From Euprymna scolopes (taxonomy: Eukaryota), in assembly GCA_053919585.1 (NCBI GenBank), contig CM132801.1: 64,000 nt of DNA. One strand, written 5' to 3'. The translations under genes were made by a program, and so were the position numbers. Below the pieces are notes generated by a model. That model did no database searches and was not told where the DNA came from. It worked only from the letters and a program-made list of their open reading frames with translations. Numbering within the stretch: position 1 is the first letter of the stretch; the number at the start of each line of letters is the position of its first letter. Below are positions 1 through 13,450 of this stretch, one piece after another.

Positions 1-642
1 AAAAAAAGCACTTTTTAACAAGATTGCACTCTTGTTGGATCTGTGGGGCCGTTCCAAAGCTGATTCTTGGGCTGCAGATCTTGATGGCATTGTCTTGCCT
101 GTTAGAAATGACTCTAGTACGACCAAATTTACGGCGTCACGAACACGGCCGGCTTTTTGGTGCTTTTGCGCAGTATTTCGTACCGTTTTCTCATCACATT
201 TCAATCTGCGGCCGATTTCTCGATTGAATAAACCAGAAAGGTGGAGATTAATGAGCTCCTAACGACCACTAAGAGAGAGTTGTGGCATATGGACTAAATG
301 TTTCGTTGTATAACCTGGAACAACAACACTTACGATTTGGGATGCTTTGTTGCCTGTTGGTGGATATTTTAAGCTGGGTTAGAGGCGATAATTGAAGCTG
401 GTCTTAGCGAATTTTTTGCTGCGGACTTTCTTTTTGCCTCATCGATTTAAAGTTATTTTTTTTAAATTGACATGAACACTAGAATATTTCAATTAAAATC
501 AGATATGAACAGGTAAAAATATAGAGGCATAAAAGGTGAATCAAATGAGATATATGTTGTTTAAACAGTTACATTAAATTTAGCTTAAATTTGCAGTTTC
601 TTTATTTTTAAACTACAAGTGCGAACTGTCTTTTTGCAGGCA

Positions 643-645
<3 letters not shown>
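1..645 (-). mobile_element. Tc1-like DNA transposon, 5' part (decayed; continues beyond window start)
   Basis: Minus strand begins CAGTGCCTGCAAAAAG next to a TA tract (TA target). From the ATG at 288 it reads MPQLSLSGR*ELINLHLSGLFNREIGRRLKCDEKTVRN, then after a frameshift GRTRVISNRQDNAIK..TAPQIQQE. This matches the paired-like HTH plus GRPR-type motif of Tc1 transposases, with a stop and a frameshift. Confidence 0.75.

Positions 646-700
<55 letters not shown>
646..700. repeat. (TA)n microsatellite
   Basis: Direct reading. Similar (TA)n tracts at about 1257-1328, 2409-2462, 12638-12706, 20429-20469, 21144-21176, 22259-22300, 22962-22998, 25557-25621, 35626-35682, 50929-50977, 51044-51112, 51382-51453, 52846-52890, 54350-54418, 61659-61718, 61947-62001 and 63872-63918. 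Confidence 0.97.
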
Positions 701-1251
701 GAAGGGATAGATGTAAATCGCATATGTTCGCATGTATATTACTTATTTTCATTCAAATTGTAAATAGGGTTACTAATTAAAATTATCGATAATTTGAAAA
801 TCTTAAATGTCTCCATTTCCATCTAAAAACATTTTCTGTTTGTGACACACATCCAGCTTATAATCTAAGATGGTCCATATCATATCTACCTCGTTGGGTG
901 GGGCAATTTGGAAAGAAAATTTTCTGTATTCTTATATACACTTTGAATGAGCAAGAGAATTGAAGTAGCCCATAAAAAGTGGAAAAGGGAGAATAATGTT
1001 TAAAGACTAAATGTAGAAAAAATGTGAACAAAAGAATGCAATAGAAAAAGGGAAAATCTTTGGCTAATTACATATTGTCTAAAACAATTATAAGAATAGT
1101 CAAGACAATATATTAGGATGATTGAAATTCGTTGCTATCCGCTGAACGTCACGACGGGCTGCGATCACGTGAGAGCCACTTTAATTGAGCTTGATTTACC
1201 AAGAGGAGAAAATAGGAAATTAACAAAAAACAACTAAAGAAAATATACAGA

Positions 1252-1332
<81 letters not shown>

Positions 1333-2405
1333 CTACGTACATATATAAGATAGAGTAGAAGTGACAGTATTAGGAATGACAACGAATGTCAATACATTCT
1401 TACTTGCATATATATAATACAGATAAAATGAGAAAAAAACATGAAATATTGGAGCAGAAATGAATGAAGAGAATAAGAAGGCTGTCAATTCGGGAAAGGT
1501 AATTTAATAGATGAATGGATGTGGAAAATGATGATGAAAAAATGAATATTGGTGTTTGTCGGTGGAATTATTATGAAAGGCAAATGTGAATGAGAAATAG
1601 AAACGATTATTAGCATAATCAGTTATGATTCGTCTATCGATCCGTGCACATCACTATTCCTGCAATATATGTATCCCCATTCTCCTTCTCTTTATATACA
1701 TGATATCTCTGTATATGTATAGCAATATTAAACATACGTGCGGATTAATTTAACGTTTTTACTCTAAAAAAATTTAAAAATTTGCATAGAAGCGAATTAA
1801 GAAATCGAAAACTTTTTACAAATATTTGTGACATGAACGTTTAAAATGTTCATAAATAATTATTTTACATTTTTAATTTCTATTTAATGACATCAAGTGC
1901 ATTATTTGGATTCTTCCGATTACAGTTCGCATTTTGAGTGTCATTTTCACAACGTTTCGGTCGATGTAACTTTCGATCTTCTTTAGGTGTAGAGTGTCGA
2001 ACTCGGGAATCTACACAGAATTTCGAAGTGACCCTTTATTTAATTCACGAGGGTAGTGCCCATTTACTATGCCTCCCCACGGGACAGAGTTAGACACCAG
2101 GGTCGTTTTTTAACGTGGAGAAAAGGTACAAAAATAAAAATTGTCTCAGTCGTGAAGGATTTCTCCTCCACCGAAAGAGAACGAGGGTAGTGGTCTCACG
2201 TTCCGTAAGCCATGATTTGATAGATGTTCTAAGTATATATATAACTGATTCGCAGTTGTAATTTTGGTCGTCCGCACTGAGGATTGAACCTTCAAAAGAA
2301 TATCACTTTTCAACTGTATATTTCCACCAGACTAGTACGCCACGGATCCTTGTAGGGAGCCATAAACCTATTTTAATTATTGATGTAAATATCACTACTT
2401 ATTGC

Positions 2406-2461
<56 letters not shown>

Positions 2462-2464
<3 letters not shown>

Positions 2465-2865
2465 AACCATTCTTCTGATTCCAATTTCTCCCATTCTTGT
2501 TTCAAACTGTTTTTGTATTGTTCCTAGTGCTCCTACTATTATAGGTTCTATCTTGATGTTTTAACCATTCATATCCCTTTCAGCTCTTTGGCTAGCTCTG
2601 TGTATTTTCTCCGTTTCTCCTTTTTGATATTTATCCGGTGGTCAGCTGGAACAGCAAAGTCTACGATTTGCCAGGACTTTTCTTTCTTGTTATTTTCTTC
2701 AGTTGTCTGCATTATTCCCAATGTACTGCCCTCCCTCACCTGGTCGTAACTGTTTTGTATTCTTTTTTTTTTGGCAAGTTTGCTGCATTCGCTTACGATA
2801 TAGTTTATCATTTCGTCTCTTTGTCCACATGTATGCATTTGCTGTTTTCTCGTGTTTGATTTCAT
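2462..2865 (-). mobile_element. R4/Dong-type LINE, C-terminal zinc knuckle and restriction-like endonuclease (right half of a split copy)
   Basis: ORF 2569-2922 contains CGQRDEMINYIVSECSKLAKK and WQIVDFAVPADHRINIKKEK..KYTELAKELK, followed by an IVGALGTI-like motif, all typical of RLE LINEs. Confidence 0.85.
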
Positions 2866-4799
2866 TTTCACCCAAAACAATCCACAGTGCCACTTTGATG
2901 TAGGATCCACTATCGGGGACATAAGTTGCTGCGATACTATGTGAGAAGATGAGCAGTAAGATGTTTGTTCACATTACACTTGAACTTCTACATGTTATTA
3001 CAGTTGGGGAAGAAGAATCCCGGAAGGGAGTTCCAAAGTCTAGCAATACTGGAGAAGAAACTATTGGAGTAGAAGGCATTCTTACATCTAGGGATCTCTA
3101 TTGTGTAGGAGTGAGATCTTGCTGCTTGTCGGGTGTGTCGGAGGAGTACAAGGGCTTGTAACTCGTCTGAGCATTCACCATTAAAATACTTGTAGAACAG
3201 GCAGAGGGATGCAATATTTCGTCGATGGGACAGGTGTTGAAGCTCAGATGACAGTTCAAGACCTATCAGGTTGGCGACTATCTTTTGACTAGTAGCAGAT
3301 GCACCAGCCCAAATATGACAACAGTACTTATACATGGGCGAATGGTGGCCTTGTAGAGGAACAGGATACTTTCAGGCGTAAGTAGCTTTCTAGCACGGTA
3401 AAGAGAACCTACCTTCCTCGCAGCGGCCCGGCAATGTTTTTAATGTATCTGTTCCAACTTATGTTCCCTGTGAACAATAATCCGAGGAGTTTAAAAGAAG
3501 TATTTCAGATAATGTATCTTCAGCCATTGCTATTGGTGGTTGAGAATGTTTCTTGTAATTATTGAAGGAAACAAGCTTAGTCTGGGCAGCAATGAACGTG
3601 GCCATCCATTTATGTGCCAATTCCACTACAGATTGTAGGTCACCCTCTAGTGTTTCTGCAATTCCCTTAGATATATGTTCATTTGTTTTAGCGCGTGGTG
3701 TCATCAGCAAATATACCCATCTCAGAGAGACACTTTTATCAGGGAGGTAATTTATGAATATTAGGAATAAAAAAGGTCCAAGGATAGATCCCTTGTTAAT
3801 ATCATACTGTTTAGAGGTACGAACGTCGAGAACAACCTGAGAAGGATTTAATTACGTTAAGTATTCGTCCAGTGATAACATATGATCTGATTTTTCTTGA
3901 GAACACCGTTGTGCCATACCCTGTCAAAGCCTTAGATATATCTTGAACTATTCTCCCCTCCTTTGTCCAGTGTATGGCATATACGTTCAGAGATTACAGT
4001 TAGGACACCTGCTGTAGAACGGGCTTGTCTAAATACATATTATCAGACAGAACTTTACCAGGTGGAAGGTGATGGACTAAAAGCTTGGTTAATTTAGGAC
4101 TCACATATTTTGAGGAAAAGCGAGAAGAGGCTAACGGGGCGATAATTTAATGTGTCAGTTCTTTCGCCAGAATTCTTAAAAACAAGTACAGTTTTCCAGT
4201 AATAACGAAAGCAAGATTCGTTAAGGCATTTGTTGTAAAGTTTGGCGAACCTCTGCGAAGTATTTTTTTTTAATAGTGCAGCCGGGATGAGATAGTGCAG
4301 ATGAGATCGGGTCCACATGCTTTTGAGGTGTCAAGGTTTTTTATGATATCATGTACCTCAGAAGGGGTGATTTTCAGATAATCTATCGTGGCGCCTGTCT
4401 GCGAGGGAAAGTCAGAGATGGAATGGTTTCATGGGTCCAATGTGGAGTTAGAGTCAAACCGACTAGCAAGCATGTTAGTCTTCTCGGTTGTCGTGCAAAC
4501 AACGTCATGATTGTTGGATAGTGGGGGAATTGTTAATTGCCTATTATTTACTACACTGCTGTATATTTTCCAAAAAATCTCGGGTTCCTAATTTCTGTAC
4601 TTCGATGCGTTTTTTGGTCATTTCGGTATATTCTCTCTTAGCTGTCGCTATTTTTTTCTTACAATTATTTCTAGCTTCTATAAAGTTCTGGCTGTTTTAA
4701 CTGGACTTATGTCGGTTTAATCTGCGGTACGCATGCTGCTTTTGAGTAATGGTAGATGCAAAACTAGTAAACCATTGTGGAGAATTGGGCTTGCTATAA
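2866..4799 (-). mobile_element. CR1/Jockey-group LINE RT fragment (5' truncated, decayed), nested in the Dong copy
   Basis: Fragments AKLYNKCLNESCF..WK..VFKNSGERTDTLNYRPVSL, GSILGP-like, YCCHIWAGAS, LQHLSHRRNIASLCLFYKYFNGECSDEL and SFFSSIARLWNSLP. Multiple frameshifts. Confidence 0.88.
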
Positions 4800-7193
4800 A
4801 ATTTCCGCGTGGTTGGTTCATATTGAGTTATCTTGTGTTGCAGTTATTAGGGATTCAGTTCTCGGTTTATGTGTGCTTTTCTCATTCATGTCTATGTGTT
4901 TTCGTTATATTCATATTTTGTCATTCTTATGAATCTTCCATGTAGTTGTTTATCTTCCCATTTTTCTTGTGCTCGTCTTATTCTTTGTCTCTCTATTTTC
5001 TGTTTTGTTGACTTTTCCACGTCTCTCGCTGCCATTATTATCCTTCAAGTATTTTGCATTATGTATTTTTCTAGTTCTTTTTGTATCATTCATACACTCT
5101 TGTATACAAATCATTCCTCGCCCGCCGTCTTTCCTTTACACGTAGAGTCGGTCAATTTCATCCTTTCGGTGTAGTGCATTGTGTATGGTCATGAGTTTAC
5201 TAGTCTTCTGATCGAGCTGTCTCAGTTCTTCTTTAGTCCACTCTATGAACGGTCCAGAGTTTCTTGCTAGTGATACTGCCCATGTATTTATACCTTTTAT
5301 TAGGATTCTGCTATATAATTTAATTTTCAGGAGTTTTCTTATTCTCCTGAGATATTCATTTCCGATTCTCTCTTTCATTTCTGCTGTTACGATAGTGTCT
5401 GCTTCTAGAATTTCAAAGTATTTATAGTCGTCTTGTTCCCATCGTTTGATTGGGCAGTTCCATTGGTTTAGTCGTTTTCACTTTTACCTTTCTTATAACT
5501 AGTAGTGCGCACTTTCCTATACCAAACTCCATTTAAATATCCTGGCTGAAGATCCTGGTAGTGTTTATTACTGTCTCTGCAAACAGTTTCAGATCGTCCA
5601 TGTACATCAGTTGGTTCTTGTTTCCTCTGAACTTGTATCCGGCTTGGCACTTTCTCAGTATATTGTTCAGCGGCATCATGGCTATGATAACCATTAATGG
5701 TGATAGTGAATCTCCTTGGAAGATGCCTCTTTTTATTTTAATTCCTGTTATGTGTTGTCCATCAGCTGTTAATCCCAGTCTCCATGTTTTCATTGCATTT
5801 TCAATCACGTTGATGATCCTACCTAGTAATTTTTACATATTTAAGCATTTTATTATCCATGTTTGTGGGATCCTGCCGTAGGCTTTTTTTGTAGTCGATC
5901 CATGCCATGACTAAATTATTTCTCCTTTTTTTACCTCCTTCAGGGTCTTTTCATCTATATATAGCACATCGTGTGTTCCTCTTTTTTTATATACCTGTAT
6001 GTAACTTAGGAAGAACTCCACGATTAATTCGAAAGTGGTAGATTTGTTCCGTCAGTTGCGTTGTTAGTATTTTCCACATAGTGGGTAAGCACGTCATAGG
6101 CCAATGATTTCTGGGGGGATATTCCTTTTTCTGTGTCCTTTTGTATCAGTGTGGTTCTTCCTTTTATCATCCAATCTAGATCGCTTGTTTCCTGTATATA
6201 TCTTGTCAGGTTTTGCGCTAGCCTTTCGAGTAATGTGAATTTTTTGAACCAGTATGCATTTATCCCGTCGTGCCCTGGTAATCTCTATCGTTTTCTTTAG
6301 AGATTCCTTGCTGATTTCATTTACTATTCCTTCTTCAATTTGCTGCCATTTTTCTTTCATATCTTTCAGCAATTCAGCATTTTTATTGTGATCCCATATT
6401 TTACTCCAGTAACGTTTTGTTTTTGTCGAGTTTAGTGCTTCTGTTGTCGTTTTTACTACGTTTCTATTTTGATAGGATTGACTTTCATTATTTTCAAATA
6501 TCCTGTTTTGCTGGCACTGTTCAGACGTGTATATCTATTATATCAATCTCCCATCTTTTGTTGCTATTTTTGGTTCGGTTCTTCATGTTTCTTGTTTAGC
6601 CTCTCACTGTTAGTCACACTTCCAATTTTCCATCTTCTTTACGTCGCTTTCTTCTTATTGATAGTTTTGGCTTCTTTTTTATGCTTGTTGATTATTGGTT
6701 TCTAGCTTAATTCTCCATCCAGTTTTTGTCGGCCCATCTTTCCCCGGCTGTTTTTTTTTCTGATTTTAACTTCATACTTACCATCTTGGCGCCTGCGTAA
6801 ATTAAATTGTTTAAGTCTATGAGTGTATCTGTGATGATGTGTAGGAGGAGTTGGTAGCCCTCCCTGTTTCTATTTTTAATTTCTTCTGCTCATGGTTTCT
6901 TAAAGATGAGATCTTTGTTTTTTTCCTCGTTCATGAACTGCATTATTTTCCTATTTCATCAGCTTCATCCTCTGTTTCATTGTTCTCAATTTCCACGTTT
7001 GTAGAGTTCAGTCTTCGCATGTCGTCCACCTGTGGTATTTCTATCTGTAGTCCTTTCATTGTGGGGGTTCTACACGTGCGGTTCCAGTGGGGGGAGTGCT
7101 CCATGCTTAATTTCATCATTTATTTTTCGCTGTATTTCTGTTAGTTCCAAATTTGAGAGCCAGCCTCTTTTGAGTATCAGTCTTACTTGGTTC
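4800..7193 (-). mobile_element. R4/Dong-type LINE, N-terminus and reverse transcriptase (left half of the split copy, decayed)
   Basis: RT motifs MAWIDYKKAY, IKRGIFQGDSLSPL, LMYMDDLKLFA; post-RT EYLRRIRKLLKIKL..IKGINTWAV..LHRKDEIDRLYV; N-terminal NQVRLILKRGWLSNLELTEIQRKIN running into the gap. Confidence 0.9.
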
Positions 7194-7380
7194 NNNNNNN
7201 NNNNNNNNNNNNNNNNNNNNNNNNNNNNNNNNNNNNNNNNNNNNNNNNNNNNNNNNNNNNNNNNNNNNNNNNNNNNNNNNNNNNNNNNNNNNNNNNNNNN
7301 NNNNNNNNNNNNNNNNNNNNNNNNNNNNNNNNNNNNNNNNNNNNNNNNNNNNNNNNNNNNNNNNNNNNNNNNNNNNNNNN
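7194..7380. other. Assembly gap (N run); further gaps at 12145-12272, 62098-62261 and 62471-62763
   Basis: Runs of n in the sequence. Confidence 1.
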
Positions 7381-8000
7381 CACAGGCCACCATCAAAGAT
7401 TTCTTTTTGAGGACAACTTGTGGTGTTTTCTGGAGTCTGAGTTACAACAAGTCTCTCCAGATGTCCAGTACTCCCCACCTCTTTCGATCACTTTTGCAAA
7501 AGAATTCGCGTTATCCCGACAGGCCCTTACCATTGATTTCTCGTTGGCAAGAACTATTGGTCTTCACTGAAATTTGGGTGGCAATAAGCCTTCCCAAGTT
7601 CCCAGTTCTCTTTGCTCTCATCTAGCGGAGGTCTGCCTTGTGCATTCTCTTCTCGTGCCAGTTAATGGTGACATATAAACAAAAAGAGGGGATTCTTATT
7701 ATTACATAGTAGTCTCAACTTTTGGATGGTTTTAATTTTATTTCTTGAACATCAGGTCAATTTGCTATGATTTTAGACATCTAAGCTGTACGTTAAAATT
7801 TCGCTGTTCTTAACAGGCTAGCCTTTTTAAAAATCAGAAGAGAAATTGTCTCATCAATCAAATTAAACCATTTATGTTATCTTGGCATTATGGTTCCGAG
7901 CGTTTCGGTTACAATGGGAACAACTTTGATTTCTTAATGGTTCCATAGTCCCATTTTTAATCTTGATGTTCCTTCCTTTGCAATTTGGTATTGAAAGGGT
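7381..8000 (-). mobile_element. 3' end of another R4/Dong-type LINE copy
   Basis: Reverse complement of 7381-7640 aligns by eye with the 3' region of the + strand Dong copy at 56130-56345 (gacctccgct..actggga..; atcgaaagaggtgg.gagtactgga.atctgg.ga.acttgttgt.act.agac.cca). A decayed VVPIVTETLGTI RLE-like motif lies near 7890-7930. Confidence 0.65.
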
Positions 8001-10765
8001 AGGCTATGTGATTGACTGAGCAAGTTACCTTTTTTTAGTTAAGAAAAATGTTATTAAATTTGGAATGTTCATTGTTTAACGATGACTTCTGTAGAAAAAG
8101 TCTGTCTCTCACAAGTTACACTTTTTTTCGTTTACCAATTTTGTTGTTTCTTTGACCCTTGATACTTTTCCTTTTTCTTTTTATTGTTACTGTTATTATT
8201 ACTATTTTATAAAAAAATATTTCTGAAGAGTGATTATTACAGTCGTTATTTTATATTCTGTTTGTATCTGTGTGTAATGCGTGTGAGCGCGTGGGACGTA
8301 TCAGCAGCAGCCAAGGATGGTCAGCATGCGAAGAAATTAGCAGTAGCAGCATCATTACCAAAAAAAAAAAAAAAAACGTGCATATACAAATTAGAAAGTT
8401 CTCGGGATAAGGCTGGGGGGGGGGAGAAAATGTAACACGTGCTTGCGGAAGAAACAAAGCTGGCGTCGAGGAGATCGTCTCAAGAAGATCGTCTCGAAGA
8501 GAAGCAGGCGTGAGGTCAGAAAAAGGAAAGCCGACGTAGAATGAACTGGACGAGTAAACTTATTGACAAAAACTGGCAGGCTGTGCCCGGCGTGCGATGG
8601 AAAGAAGGAGAAACGCTGCCAGGCTAAAATATGTAGCAACGAGAGACGTTTTTAAATGTTGCCGAAAATAAAGGTAATAAAACGTTCTGTTGAGAAAGAA
8701 AAAAATGCCGATTCGCATATTTTATTTATTTGTTTTATTTGTCTCTCAATTTGCGACGTAACACCAGCATTATATCTGGGGCTGATAATTATTAAGGAAA
8801 TATTTATTTATTCTCCTAAAATACTCTGTGCCATCCGTTACTATTTCTTTTGTTAAGTAACTGCTTTCCAAATTTGTAATGAATTTAATTTACTAAGTGT
8901 TGTAGCCATTAAACGGTTACTTAGGAAACACGAACACGGAAATGCGTTAGAAAAGGTAAAATATATGTAATCAAAAACAGCATGTACAAAGAGCAACTGT
9001 CGTAGTAAGTACTGCCAAAATGACCGACTAAGAAAGTACACTTTATAATACTCCTACCGTGAATAGATCTGGCACAAGGTCGGAAGGCATGGAGATAGGT
9101 CAGCGCCCGGTCGTAAAATACACATAAATATTATATTTATTTAATATAAAAGAAAATAAAAGAAGAGAAAAAGAAAAAAAGCCTAGTAATGTTTACAAAA
9201 GAAAGGGAGAAAAAAGGAAAGGGGGGGGAAATAAAAACCCTACTTCTATTTGCTTGCTATTAATATATAGTACTGAAATTTATAATTCTAATACATAATA
9301 ATTCTTTTATTTTCTTTCCCGCCTTTTAACACTTAGCTTGAACCTTGACCTAATTTTGTAATCGTGTCAAATACTGTATAGATATTTCATCTTCAAGATT
9401 AATAAGTTAGACACTCCCTTTATTTTATTTTATTTTTTATTTTTCTTTCTCCCCCCCTCGCAAGTTAAATTCTCCTACCACTTCCTTATTTTTAGAAGAT
9501 AGAATTTAAATTTTGCGATTTTAATCTTATAACAAACATTATAACCTTTTCAGTTGTGCTGACTTATAAATATAATCTTGATAACAAAAACTGCATCTGA
9601 TTTTAAAGATTATTTTGCTTTGGTTTGATGAGCAATTCTTTTATTTAATTATTTTCATTTTCATTTAATTTTATTTTAATCTTATTTACCTGTCTTCAGA
9701 TATCTTTTGGTTTTTATTCACAAATTGATTGAAAACTTGAACTGAATTTTGAAACTGATATGTGAAAACCATTTTTACTGGATTGATATAATCAAAGATT
9801 TGCCGGATATCCAATCAAACTATAGAAAAATTGAGGAAATATGTATATATTTGATTGTTACCAGCTTCCTTGGATTAATTACAATACGTGTTGGATCTTT
9901 TTACCAAGAACTTCCATTACAGGGTTTAGCATACACTTTCGATTTGAAGTTCAATATCCTTTTTTTGCTGCATCAATATCCAATTTCCCCTATTGCATGT
10001 AGTTAAATAATTTAAAAACTTAAAAAAACCTTTAATTTAATTTTCTATGTCTATTTGTTTTTCTATCTTTAGCAAATAAGGTGCAAACCTTTTATAATAT
10101 TTGCTAATATTTTTCCTCATAGTAGATGTATAAACATCAGAAAACTCATGGGTTAAGAAAATATATTTTACTATACTGTATTCTTTGTCTTGAATACAAT
10201 AAAATTTCTATATTTGAAACTGAACTTTTTCAAATCACAAATTTTTTAATTCATAAATTTCGATTTATTTACTCTATCTAGAATATTGAGCAATTTTATT
10301 TAGCTGGGATAGTCTTATATAAAATATTACATCGAATAATATTTTGTAAGACCGATGATCACTGGATTTGCACACCAATAGATTTATTGTATTTCATTAT
10401 TCTGAATAACAAATTCTTAAAGAAAACGCTATGCAGAACAAATCTACACTTTACAGCGAAGGACGTAAATAGGAAAAGCAATAGAACATTGCAAAGTAAT
10501 AGAATCGTTATCAATATGTGAACTACAATATTAGTAGCATCAATGATAATAAAATTATAACTACAGCTACGCTAATAACACCTTTAATAATAAAAAAGAA
10601 ACAATCATAAAAGACACGGGCACGTAGGCGATGACGCCAACATCGGCATCTGAAATTAGCTTTGTCATTTGGTCTCAAGAGATTCGTTTATTTTCGAGGT
10701 TTGGACTTCAATAATTTATACATATTGCATCTCGCCAAAATAGATTCTCCGCCATTTGCTTCCTG

Positions 10766-10777
10766 CACACACACGCA

Positions 10778-10823
<46 letters not shown>
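10766..10823. repeat. (CA)n microsatellite; others at 59822-59893 and 62817-62889 (TG)
   Basis: Direct reading. Confidence 0.95.
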
Positions 10824-10832
<9 letters not shown>

Positions 10833-12272
10833 CAACTGAAAGAGAGGGTTCGAGAAAGGATGATATATACTTTCACAGAAATACACAACTTGTAATCACT
10901 TTGTTTAATAAGCACTATTATTTGATGTTTTATTGTTTTCTCTTATGAGATAGCCAGTCTATTCTTATAAAAGTATTTAGTTTTTTTTTGTTTAAAACAA
11001 TTTTGTTTCAGTGAATGATATTCTTGCAATTTCTTTCAATTTCATATTTATGTTTTTATTTAATTTACGCAATAGAGAATATTCAATATGCGTTGCCATT
11101 TGTACTTATTTTCCGCTTTCACTTTCATCTAGATTAAATACAACATGTTCTTATAAAGACAAATAATTACCTGGGCGTATATTGATTAATACTTTATATA
11201 TTTTATACTTGATACTAAAGCAAATAAAAGTGTTACTGAATCTATGTGTTAACTCTTAAAGTGCATAATCGTTCTGATTATGATATTGGGGATTATGGAA
11301 TCGTTATATTCTTATGAAATATTATCACATGTAGTGCCTTTACTAAAGTATAAAAATGAATTAAAAAATTCCATATCTACATAAAAACTCAGTCATGATC
11401 TTAAATGGTTCTCTTTTAATTAGATAAATCTTACACTTTTGATTTTACGAAATAAAGGATGGCGTAACATCAAATAGTCATTTATTGCAATAAAAGGGCT
11501 CGATATTTGATATGTCAAGACTACTTGAGTAAGTATTTTTCTAGGAGATTGTCCCTTCATGGACTAATAGCAAATTAAAACTAAAAATGCAACTGCAAAA
11601 ATTAAACCAAGATTGAAAGGACAATGCAATCACTCTACAAATTCCTCAGAAAAATTGGGACACATACAATTCCAGTCTACATCCACAATACTTTACAGGA
11701 ATACCCCAAACGAGCATATTGGAATTCCTATATAAAAGCAGTTATGTAAACATGTTAACGTTCGCTTAATGAATCTTTCTCAAAAATACGACGTAAATAT
11801 AAAAAGGCATACATATTACGAAATAATAATGCCTTACCTTAATATATTGCATATGACATGGACTGCTTTTCGAAATCATTCAAACATACACAAAAACGGA
11901 CACACACACACACAAATATGTGTGTGTATCTTACACGCACGAGGTGCCGATTTCGAATCTCGCTAGATTCAGCCACTCTGATAAGTCGTGGACGACGAAA
12001 CACGTGTCAGTGGATAATTATATTTTAAAAATAATATATAAGCCGCTCCCCATTAAAGGGGGTACCAGATTGGTCAATGGGAAAATTATTCCCAACTGGC
12101 ATTTAGGTAAAAATGCACTTTCGTATAAATACTTGAATTCTTTCNNNNNNNNNNNNNNNNNNNNNNNNNNNNNNNNNNNNNNNNNNNNNNNNNNNNNNNN
12201 NNNNNNNNNNNNNNNNNNNNNNNNNNNNNNNNNNNNNNNNNNNNNNNNNNNNNNNNNNNNNNNNNNNNNNNN

Positions 12273-12636
12273 CATTTCCCTATGAAATAACTCTGTCAAT
12301 TTTTAGTCTACGGACTCGAAATTTGATATACAGGGTACTGAGATTAGCGAAAGTTGATGTAATCGGTTTTCACCCAGAAATTTGGCTGTTAATGGGTCAA
12401 AGTTCAACGATTTGACCTTCGAGAACACTACTAAACGCCTCCGACAATTTTGGGTCTAAACATTTGAAATTTTAGATATAGGTTCCTTGGATATGGATCG
12501 AACTTAATGACTTGATTTGAGCCCAAAACAATAAAGTTTAAGGGATCATAATAGGGGTAAAAATTTAAAAAATTGACCGTTTTTTTTGCTAAGCATACAC
12601 CTCCAAACACACGGGCAACGCCGGGCCGAAATGCTA

Positions 12637-12637
<1 letters not shown>
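12273..12637 (+). mobile_element. Non-autonomous Helitron, 3' part
   Basis: Ends cacgggcaacgccgggccgaaatgCTAG|T: GC hairpin about 10 nt before CTAG, then a TA tract. Body is homologous to 19620-19900. Confidence 0.8.
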
Positions 12638-12711
<74 letters not shown>

Positions 12712-13450
12712 AACAATACACTTCCAACGAAAACCGATTATAACGTCTGCACTCGTCTGATAAAAGCATTTTCATTCTGTTGCAACAAGTCTTACAAATT
12801 TTCAGTTTTCTTTGTTTCGCATACTGACTATTGAACAACACACACGCATCAGTTCATTTGCGAACATTGTTCGAGTGAAATAGTCGCTTCCCTAAAAAAA
12901 CATTTATATCATGTCGCAATCAAAACAAAACAGTGAGAGTTTTTTTCTGCGTACAACATCTTCTTTATCAGTCTTACTTTCTTAGTCTAAGCTACTCAGC
13001 AAGAATAGCTATGAAGTGATACGGTGATTAAACTTCACGTTTTTGTATATGTCGTTGCTTACATTGTTAGTTGAAAGTAAAAAATTAAAAAGATATGTCA
13101 AAAACAAAACGTCCAGCGTAAGGTGGGCACGGACGCGGAAATTATTAATACTTAGACAATGATTTAACTCATTCGGCTACACCGATATTCATACTATAAC
13201 GTTGCAAATTAATGTATCCGAATGGTGAAGCGGTTCACGCATGTGCACGTGTTTAAATTGTTTAGAAAGAGAGGATTTTACATGATACCCCTTTCACATT
13301 CTGCGGTCCTTAAGGTAAAAAACAAATACTTTTTTTTTCTAAATTTCACATATTATGCGTCCGTGTCCTTTATTCTTATGCGCACATACATACATACATA
13401 CAGACATACATACAGACAGACAGACAGACATCTCTCCTTAATATAATAAA

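Noticed and set aside
1149-1382. ORFs with IYIYIY, HTHTHT, CVCVCV or LLLL runs (many across the window)
   Set aside because: They are translations of microsatellites, not genes.
1944-1990. Hammerhead-like motif on the minus strand (CTAAAGA..gatcga..tcgacc GAAACGTTGT)
   Set aside because: A core G is mutated and there is no clear stem I or cleavage triplet; at most a dead relic.
7032-7625. Long ORFs spanning N gaps (also 11920-12299 and 62012-63073)
   Set aside because: Their length is an artefact of X codons.
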